Part shown: in pieces, positions 32,464 to 38,953 of the stretch | How the letters are laid out: every line of letters starts with the position of its first letter | Numbering within the stretch: position 1 is the stretch's first letter | From: a virus | Lineage: Duplodnaviria; Caudoviricetes | Length of the DNA stretch: 38,953 nucleotides | Direction: 5' to 3' (one strand) | Virus record (IMG/VR): IMGVR_UViG_3300020045_002563 | Location: 1-38,953 of that record | Position numbers and translations under genes: made by a program | Notes under the pieces: model-generated | What the model was told of the DNA's origin: nothing | The model's database searches: none | What the model saw: the letters and a program-made list of their open reading frames with translations, nothing else

Positions 32464-34146
32464 ATGAAACGCCTAACAGCCGCAAAGCTGGATGCTGTTG
32501 AAAGTCTTGTCACTAAAAAGTCAGAACGCACTTATCAAACCGTTTTCGGCATCGTTTGCCCGAAATCCGGCTTTCTTTACTCTCTGAAATACGATTCAGG
32601 CGACTGGATCAAGACTCTTGAGACACCAGACGTTTACATTGCCGCCAAGCTTGAGCGGGTTCTGAAGAGCAAAAAGCGCTTTATCGGTGTATTCGGTGGG
32701 CGCGGCTCAGGTAAGTCAGTTCAGTTGCACGATATCGCCATAGCTGGCGTTAAAGACCTTGGAGATAAGGTGTACTGCTTGCGGGAGTTCCAGAACTCGC
32801 TGGAAGATTCCGTCCACTCACTTATCACCAAAGAGTGCGACCGGCTAAAGTTTGAAGGGTTTAGCACCCAAAACAACATCATCTTCCATGAGTCGGGCGG
32901 TGAGTTTAAATTCAAAGGCTTGGCGCGCAATCCAGCGTCTATTAAGTCAGCCCACGGATTCCGGCGCTTTATCGTTGAAGAAGCGCAGACCATCAGCGAT
33001 GAATCACTCAAGCACCTGACACCAACAGCGCGAAATGAAGCCAAGGCAGGCTTGCCGGTCAAGTTTAATGACGCTCCAGAACAGGAAGAAGAACTGTACG
33101 CGCTGAAAAACGTACAGTTGATATTCATTGCCAACCCGGCATCATCTGCGGACCCGCTCAGCAAAAAGTTTATCACGCCCTTCCAAGAGCATTTAGACCG
33201 TGATGGATTCTATGAGGATGATCTCCACCTAATCGTCATTATGAACTACGACGATAATCCATGGTTTGAAGATTCAGGACTGGAAGCTGAGCGCGCACAT
33301 GATGAAGCAAACCTGCCTCCAGCAACTTACAAGCACATATGGGGCGGCGGATTTAACGACCATGTTGATAACGCCCTAATACCTACCGAATGGTTTAACG
33401 CTGCCATTGATGCGCATATCAAGCTTGGGTTTGACAAAAAAGGTTCAATCATCACGGCTCACGACCCATCAGACCAAGGCCCAGATCCAAAAGGTCAGTG
33501 CATCCGGCATGGTTCAGTGATTACTTCAATCCGTGAAATCATGCACCAGGATGCGTTTGACGGCTGCACCACGGCACTTAATGAAGCATTTGACGCCAAG
33601 GCTGATCAATTCGGTTGGGATGGTGACGGACTAGGCGCGACATTGCGCAATCACATCACAAACGTGTCGGCTGGTAAGCGATTGCAGCTGTTTATGTTCA
33701 AAGGCTCTGAAAGCGTAGACAATCCCGATGCGGTGTATTCTTTTGAGAATAAAGGCGTTCCAATTCGCGACCCTAAGACCAACAAAGACACGTTTAAGAA
33801 CAAGCGTAGCCAATATTACTGGGCTTTGCGCGATCGGTTTTACAACACTTACCGGGCAGTCGTGCGCGGCGAGTATATCGACCCAGACCAGATGATCAGC
33901 TTATCGACTGACGGCATTGAAAACATCGACAAGCTGCGCTCTGAGGTTTGTCGCATACCACTGAAGCCAAACAATAACGGCTACATTCAAATAATGAGCA
34001 AAATTGAAATGAAAGCCCTGAAGATACCATCCCCGAACATGGCAGACGCGCTGATGATGTCGTTTGCAAACCCTGCTATAATAACGCAAAATACAAGTCA
34101 ACCGCAGTTCAGGCCACAGCCTTTACGAGTCATGGGGCGCAGATGA
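32464..34146 (+). CDS. terL: Terminase large subunit
   Basis: Walker A GGRGSGKS, Walker B FIVEEAQ, FIANP coupling motif, nuclease AHDPS..D and SPNMADALMM. Confidence 0.95.
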   Translation: MKRLTAAKLDAVESLVTKKSERTYQTVFGIVCPKSGFLYSLKYDSGDWIKTLETPDVYIAAKLERVLKSKKRFIGVFGGRGSGKSVQLHDIAIAGVKDLGDKVYCLREFQNSLEDSVHSLITKECDRLKFEGFSTQNNIIFHESGGEFKFKGLARNPASIKSAHGFRRFIVEEAQTISDESLKHLTPTARNEAKAGLPVKFNDAPEQEEELYALKNVQLIFIANPASSADPLSKKFITPFQEHLDRDGFYEDDLHLIVIMNYDDNPWFEDSGLEAERAHDEANLPPATYKHIWGGGFNDHVDNALIPTEWFNAAIDAHIKLGFDKKGSIITAHDPSDQGPDPKGQCIRHGSVITSIREIMHQDAFDGCTTALNEAFDAKADQFGWDGDGLGATLRNHITNVSAGKRLQLFMFKGSESVDNPDAVYSFENKGVPIRDPKTNKDTFKNKRSQYYWALRDRFYNTYRAVVRGEYIDPDQMISLSTDGIENIDKLRSEVCRIPLKPNNNGYIQIMSKIEMKALKIPSPNMADALMMSFANPAIITQNTSQPQFRPQPLRVMGRR

Positions 34147-36212
34147 AAAAGTTAGAATTTGACAAAATTAATAAAATGTTCAGCTGTGACTACACTCACA
34201 ACATGGTTACGCGTGAACGTGCAGCGGCTGACAATACGTTTTTCTGGATAACCCACTGGGACGACTCACTGCTGAGCGATAGCCAGCTGCAGTACCGCGG
34301 CGAGTTCGACTTATTGCGCAAAGCATTCAGAGACATCATGTCAGACCTTCGTGCTAACCCAGTTCAAGCTGACTTTGAACCGGTTGATGGCGCTGGGCCA
34401 GATGAAGCTGATTTGATTGATGGGCTGTACCGCACAGATTGCCGCAAGAACACCAGTAAGGAAGCCTTCGACTACGCATCTATTGAACAGGTCGTGTGCG
34501 GGCTTGGCGGATGGCGCTTATGTACTGAATACGAATCTGACAATATGGGAACGCGCAATCAAATCATTGTGCGAAAGCCCATCTATGAATTTAATAACTG
34601 CGTATTCTTTGACAGCAACGCCAAGCGCATTGACAAGTCAGACGCCAAGCGATGCACGGTGCTTACCGCGTACAGTGTCGAAGGTTACTGCGATTTAGTC
34701 GAAGAGATGACAGGCGAGCGGCCAGACGAATCGTCAGCCGGCAGCAGCTTTGCAACTCCGGAAGATGGCTATTCGTTCCCGTGGATCAACACATCAGGAA
34801 CTAACACCATCATATGGGTTGGCGAGTTTTATCACCGCTATAAAGCCAAGGTTCGGATCCAATACCTGCAAGACCCGCTTGGTGAGCTGCAAGTTTATAT
34901 GCAAGAGCAGGGCAAAAAAGCCGGTGAAGTTGATGAAGAAATGTTGACTGCCGGATTTGTGCTGCAGGAAGAAAAAGAAGTCAATCAGTGGGTTGTTGAT
35001 AAATACCTACTGAGCGGCGACGGCATCATTGGCAAGCCTGAGCGCATTGCAGGCAAGCACATTCCGGTCGTACCTGAGTACGGGGACCGCGCATACATTC
35101 AGGGCGTTGAGCATTATGAAGGCATTGTAAAAGCAGCCAAAGACCCGCAGATGCTGCGAGATTTCGCCATGTCATATCTGGCAGACATTGTTGGACGTTC
35201 GCCACGGGTAAAGCCGGTGTACTACGCCGAGCAAATTCAAGGCTATGAGTACATGTACAGCGAGACGGGCGCGGATAACAATTATCCTTACCTGTTGCAG
35301 AACAGGATAGCCGCTGACGGCTCACCGTTGCCGCTTGGGCCTATTGCCGCAACACCTGAGCAGCCAGTACCAACTGCCTTAAGCCAGCTCATGGGCGAGG
35401 TGCGCATGGCGGTTGAAGATGTAGCTAATCCGGGCTTACCAAACAGCATTAGCGACCCGGACTTGTCAGGCAAAGCTCTTAACACTTTGGTCGCTCAGTT
35501 TGACCAGCAAAGCATGGTGTTTCAGGAAAACAGGAAGTATGCCATTCGCCGAGATGCCGAGATTTACGCCTCAATCGCATCTGAGATTCTGGACGTACCG
35601 CGCAAGGTTATCGCAACGTCAGCAGACGGCAACCGCAAAGAGGTCAATGTCATGCAGTCGGTGATCGACATTGACACTGGAAAGATTAAAGTGCTGAACG
35701 ATTTGCGATTTTCTCAGTTTGAAGTTTACGCCGACGTCAGCAAGCCATATTCAACAAGCCGCCAAGAAGCGCGAGATGCGCTCATGGAGCAGTTAAGCAC
35801 AGCGCTAAGCACTGACCCGCAACTGGCGCAGATTATCCAACTGAAGTTGCTGCGTTTGCAGGATGGTCAGGACATGCAAGACCTTCGCGATTGGGCAGGC
35901 GTACAGCTTGTACTGCGCGGCATCCGCAAGCCTGAAACCGACGAAGAAAAACAAGCAGTGGCAGACGCTCAGGCGCAACAAGGCGAGCAACAAGATCCAA
36001 ACATGGCTCTTGCCATGGCTGAACAGATGAAGGCTGAAAACGGAGCAATCAAGAACCAGATTGATGAGTTCCGTGCTCAGACTGACCGAATGGCTGTTAT
36101 GGTTGACGCAGAAAAAGCGGGCGCCGACATTAATTACAAGCAGCTGCAAGGGCGCTCATTGATGGTCAATGATGCGGTTAAACTAAGGGGTAGTGCAAAT
36201 GGCATGCAGTAA
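34143..36212 (+). CDS. Portal protein (P22 gp1-like)
   Basis: 689 aa with YRGEFD, FFDSNAKRIDKSDAKRC, HIPVVPEYG, EGIV..AKDPQ motifs; follows terL. Confidence 0.93.
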   Translation: MKKLEFDKINKMFSCDYTHNMVTRERAAADNTFFWITHWDDSLLSDSQLQYRGEFDLLRKAFRDIMSDLRANPVQADFEPVDGAGPDEADLIDGLYRTDCRKNTSKEAFDYASIEQVVCGLGGWRLCTEYESDNMGTRNQIIVRKPIYEFNNCVFFDSNAKRIDKSDAKRCTVLTAYSVEGYCDLVEEMTGERPDESSAGSSFATPEDGYSFPWINTSGTNTIIWVGEFYHRYKAKVRIQYLQDPLGELQVYMQEQGKKAGEVDEEMLTAGFVLQEEKEVNQWVVDKYLLSGDGIIGKPERIAGKHIPVVPEYGDRAYIQGVEHYEGIVKAAKDPQMLRDFAMSYLADIVGRSPRVKPVYYAEQIQGYEYMYSETGADNNYPYLLQNRIAADGSPLPLGPIAATPEQPVPTALSQLMGEVRMAVEDVANPGLPNSISDPDLSGKALNTLVAQFDQQSMVFQENRKYAIRRDAEIYASIASEILDVPRKVIATSADGNRKEVNVMQSVIDIDTGKIKVLNDLRFSQFEVYADVSKPYSTSRQEARDALMEQLSTALSTDPQLAQIIQLKLLRLQDGQDMQDLRDWAGVQLVLRGIRKPETDEEKQAVADAQAQQGEQQDPNMALAMAEQMKAENGAIKNQIDEFRAQTDRMAVMVDAEKAGADINYKQLQGRSLMVNDAVKLRGSANGMQ

Positions 36213-36255
36213 GACCAAGAAGAAAGGCGGAACTAAGCCGCCTAAAATGAAGTGA
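36199..36255 (+). CDS. 18-aa Lys-rich peptide (MACSKTKKKGGTKPPKMK)
   Basis: AAGGGG RBS at 36185-90, overlaps the portal stop, and ends just before a terminator. Confidence 0.45.
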   Translation: MACSKTKKKGGTKPPKMK

Positions 36256-36259
36256 AGTC

Positions 36260-36281
36260 AAGCCCCGTTATGGGGCTTTTT
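36260..36281 (+). terminator. Intrinsic terminator after portal
   Basis: AAGCCCC-GTTAT-GGGGCTT-TTT. Confidence 0.85.
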
Positions 36282-36283
36282 CT

Positions 36284-36330
36284 TGCTCATCCGACCACCG
36301 CTTGACACTCCAGCCATTCACGCCGATAAT
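36284..36330 (+). promoter_or_regulatory. Strong sigma70 promoter for scaffold/coat with abutting FadR-box-like site
   Basis: TGCTCATCCGACCACCG (36284-36300), TTGACA (36302-07), 17 bp, GATAAT (36325-30). Confidence 0.75.
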
Positions 36331-36417
36331 AGTTATCACGTACAGCATAAACGGCAATTATGCTGCCTTACCATGTGGGCTTCACTGGGTTTATCGTTTC
36401 ATAGCGAGCAACAAATT

Positions 36418-37389
36418 ATGATTGAACAATCTCTGGATGAATTAAAAGCCGAAAATCAGGCTGAGGAAACTGGATTATTACCAGTTGTCACGCAGGATGA
36501 TGAAGTCGAAGATCAAAACGTCAAAGTCGAAGCGCAAGACGAAGGCGAAGGAGTTGAGGACTGGCTAAAAGACGACGACCAGACGTCGCAAAGTGTACCG
36601 CTAGCAAAGCATGTGCAAGTCAAGCACAAATTGCGCGCCCGGTTGGAAGATAAAGACTCAGAGCTGGAAGTGATGCGGCAGAAGTTGGCACGGTATGAAG
36701 CTGGCGCACAACCTCAACAAGTGCAGCAGAAAGCACCTGAACTGAAACTTCCTACCCTGTCGCAGTTTGACTACGACGAAGAGCAGTACAGCGCGGCAAT
36801 GGCTGAATACCAAGACAAGCTTGTCGATTACAAGTTGAGTCAGCGGATGGCATCAAGCCAACAGTCAGAGCAGCAACGTCAGGCGCAAGAGCGGCAACAG
36901 CAAGCGGTAGACGCACACTATGAACGTGCTGCGAAATTGATTGAATCAGCTGGCATTCCTGCTGAAAAGTACCAAGCGGCCGACACTGTTTTCCGCCGTG
37001 AATTGCACTCAGTAACCGGCAACGGTGATTTAGTTGCAGATCAAATCATTGCCAGACTTGGCGAGGGTGGAGAAAAGGTAACGTACCATTTGGGCGTCAA
37101 TCAGGCGGCAATGGCACAACTGAAACAGAAATTGCAAGAAGATCCATCCGGCATTTCAGCCGCTGTATTTATGGGTGAGCTTCGCGCAAAGTTTGGCTCG
37201 GCAGTAACAAATAAACTCAGCAAGGCACCGAAGCCCGATAACGCGCTGGAAGGTGACACAAACGCAACGCTGAACACTTCGAGTCTGAAGAAGCAGTATG
37301 ATGCTGCAACAAGGAGCGGGGACACAGCGAAGGCGTTTAAAATCCGACAGCAGGCGCGGGCAGCAGGCGCCAATCCTAATGAATGGTAA
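36418..37389 (+). CDS. Scaffolding protein (P22 gp8-like)
   Basis: Acidic N-terminus, coiled coils, and C-terminal helix-turn-helix coat-binding motif (LKKQYDAATRSGDTAKAFKIRQQ); lies between portal and coat. Confidence 0.85.
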   Translation: MIEQSLDELKAENQAEETGLLPVVTQDDEVEDQNVKVEAQDEGEGVEDWLKDDDQTSQSVPLAKHVQVKHKLRARLEDKDSELEVMRQKLARYEAGAQPQQVQQKAPELKLPTLSQFDYDEEQYSAAMAEYQDKLVDYKLSQRMASSQQSEQQRQAQERQQQAVDAHYERAAKLIESAGIPAEKYQAADTVFRRELHSVTGNGDLVADQIIARLGEGGEKVTYHLGVNQAAMAQLKQKLQEDPSGISAAVFMGELRAKFGSAVTNKLSKAPKPDNALEGDTNATLNTSSLKKQYDAATRSGDTAKAFKIRQQARAAGANPNEW

Positions 37390-37399
37390 GGGGTAACAC

Positions 37400-38680
37400 A
37401 TGGCAGCTTTAACCACTGGTAAACGTGCAGAGATTTTCTTTGAAAATTTCATCGAAACGCACGAAGAACAATCACAGCTTTTAGGCTTAGTTGACACGTT
37501 CAACGCTGGCAGCAGTGAATTACAAAACGCTGATAACGTCATTTGGCGCGGCGTACAACAAAACGCACCAGTCATTGATGGCTGGGATTTAACCGGTCAA
37601 GAGCAAGGAATTATTCAGGAAACTTATCCTGCATTTCTTGGCTTGCCGAAAAACGACCTGGTTCAATTACGCATCGACAACGTGCGTGACGCATCGTTTT
37701 GGATGGAACGCGGCAAAGAATCTGGCCGCAAACAAGTATCTGAACAGAACCGTCAAATCGGCGCGCTGATTAAAGATACTGGTTCACTGTTCTATCGCAC
37801 CAACACTACAAGCGGTTTTAACTTTGTAGCACAAGCTCAAGCTATCATGAACGAACGCCAGGCTATGGCAGATCAACGCCGGTTCATCATGAACGACCGC
37901 GACAACTTGGTTTACTCTACCGAGTTAGCCGGCCGTCAAACACTGCAAGGTCGCCCAGATAAAACGTGGGCAACTGGTCAAGTTGGTCAAAACATCGCAG
38001 AATTCGACGTGTACACCGGCAGTTACTTAGGTACTCTGGCTGGCGGAGCCGACCCTGCAACAACCGTCACTGCTAACGTATCGTTAAAGCCTGAAGGCGG
38101 CTCAGTAAGCGCCAACAAGCAAGTAGTAACCAACATCGACTACCGCGAAGGCGTGATCCCAGTTACCGCGTCTGCATCGTACAACGTAGGCGACATCGTT
38201 ACATTCAGCAATGCTGGCGTACCGGTTCAGTCTGTTGGCTTGCAAGACAAAACTGCAACTGGTCAGGCAATGACGTTCCGTATCGTTGAAAAAATCAGCG
38301 GCACCAGCGTTCGTGTATGGCCGAAGCCAATTGCAGCTGATGACCCAGCTCTGACGTTAACTGAAAAAGCGTACGCGAATATCAACACTCGCATTTTAAA
38401 CGCTGCAACAATGAACCGCCAGAACGTCGACGCATCTGCTCGTCCGTCTATCTTCTTTGACAAACAGTCAATTGAGGTGTTCCAAGGCGACATCCCGGCG
38501 AACATGTTTGCTGAGTTTGGCGGACAAAAAGTAATCCCGCACACCATGAAAAATGGTCAGCGTTATTACCTGCTGTATGATGCCAACAGCACCACCATGA
38601 ACGTACAGTTCCGACTGTTCACTTGGTACAGTGTGATCAACAAAAACCCATCAGCAAACGGTATTGCTGTTCGGTTCTAA
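37400..38680 (+). CDS. Major capsid protein (P22 gp5-like)
   Basis: 426 aa; IWR.VQQ.AP...GWDLT, TV..NV..KP and GD..TF motifs of the P22 coat family; strong codon bias and AAGGGG RBS. Confidence 0.92.
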   Translation: MAALTTGKRAEIFFENFIETHEEQSQLLGLVDTFNAGSSELQNADNVIWRGVQQNAPVIDGWDLTGQEQGIIQETYPAFLGLPKNDLVQLRIDNVRDASFWMERGKESGRKQVSEQNRQIGALIKDTGSLFYRTNTTSGFNFVAQAQAIMNERQAMADQRRFIMNDRDNLVYSTELAGRQTLQGRPDKTWATGQVGQNIAEFDVYTGSYLGTLAGGADPATTVTANVSLKPEGGSVSANKQVVTNIDYREGVIPVTASASYNVGDIVTFSNAGVPVQSVGLQDKTATGQAMTFRIVEKISGTSVRVWPKPIAADDPALTLTEKAYANINTRILNAATMNRQNVDASARPSIFFDKQSIEVFQGDIPANMFAEFGGQKVIPHTMKNGQRYYLLYDANSTTMNVQFRLFTWYSVINKNPSANGIAVRF

Positions 38681-38697
38681 GTCGTTACTGACTGAAT

Positions 38698-38724
38698 AAA
38701 AAAGCCCCTTGATTGGGGCTTTTT
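38698..38724. terminator. Bidirectional intrinsic terminator after coat
   Basis: AAAAAAGCCCC-TTGATT-GGGGCTTTTT between convergent ORFs. Confidence 0.88.
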
Positions 38725-38725
38725 A

Positions 38726-38832
38726 TTACTTAACCTTGTGGTTTTTCAGATCACCACACTTTGTGCATTGAAGAACATACAAATAGCCAATTGTTTTTCC
38801 AGTACTAACTCTAATTTCTTCACCTTCTTTTA
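38726..38832 (-). CDS. 3' fragment of a small Zn-ribbon-like gene, fused to the inverted repeat
   Basis: ...IKEGEEIRVSTGKTIGYLYVLQCTKCGDLKNHKVK*; only one CxxC remains and the upstream sequence is the inverted copy of 1..121. Confidence 0.5.
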
Positions 38833-38953
38833 TGATTAGTAGCGATCTGCGCGATACGGTGCCGAAGTCTCCGCTAACGATAAGCAGTACCCGCTGCGCT
38901 CCACCTTTTCTGAACTCCAAATCAAACTGAATATCTGTGCCGGAAAAGCTGTC
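38833..38953. repeat. Right copy of the 121-bp terminal inverted repeat
   Basis: Exact reverse complement of 1..121. Confidence 0.97.

Noticed and set aside
36283-36417. N-terminal extensions in the ORF track (scaffold from 36283; also recT 19074, endolysin 10769, ninG 22436)
   Set aside because: They run through promoters or upstream genes; downstream ATGs with an RBS or stop-start coupling are better starts.
29674-38724. Three AGCCCC-loop-GGGGCTTTTT elements as a dispersed mobile repeat
   Set aside because: Similarity is limited to the stem of ordinary intrinsic terminators; loops and flanks differ.
38726-38920. 64-aa ORF as a genuine full-length gene
   Set aside because: Its 5' half is the inverted copy of the gp4-position gene, so it is most likely chimeric.

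Overview
The window is a near-complete (~39 kb) genome of a P22-like tailed phage (short-tailed podovirus architecture), opened between the coat gene and a truncated gp4-position gene. The host is probably a gammaproteobacterium (inference from gene families and sigma70-type promoters). Gene order: gp10/gp26/gp14/gp7/gp20/gp16-like tail and ejection genes; two tandem tailspikes, each with its own P22-type head-binding domain; endolysin plus 3TM holin; a leftward accessory/recombination arm (RecT-like, YqaJ exonuclease, SSB, DUF6378, pentapeptide-repeat, YopX, NinX-like, HTH proteins); a rightward arm (Rha, initiator with 11-bp iterons, DnaB, NinB, NinG, PAPS-reductase-like); terS, an SGNH hydrolase, a ~1 kb RNA region (one CAU tRNA and three decayed tRNA-like units), a membrane-protein cassette, terL, portal, scaffold and coat. 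I see no integrase, CI/Cro pair or Q. The most striking unexplained signal is seven 17-bp sites resembling the host FadR operator (AACTGGTCnGACCAGTT) at promoter positions, three in a fabA-like activating geometry. This suggests phage transcription may be wired to host fatty-acyl-CoA sensing. The 121-bp terminal inverted repeat is most likely a chimeric artefact. All assignments are by eye; no searches were run.
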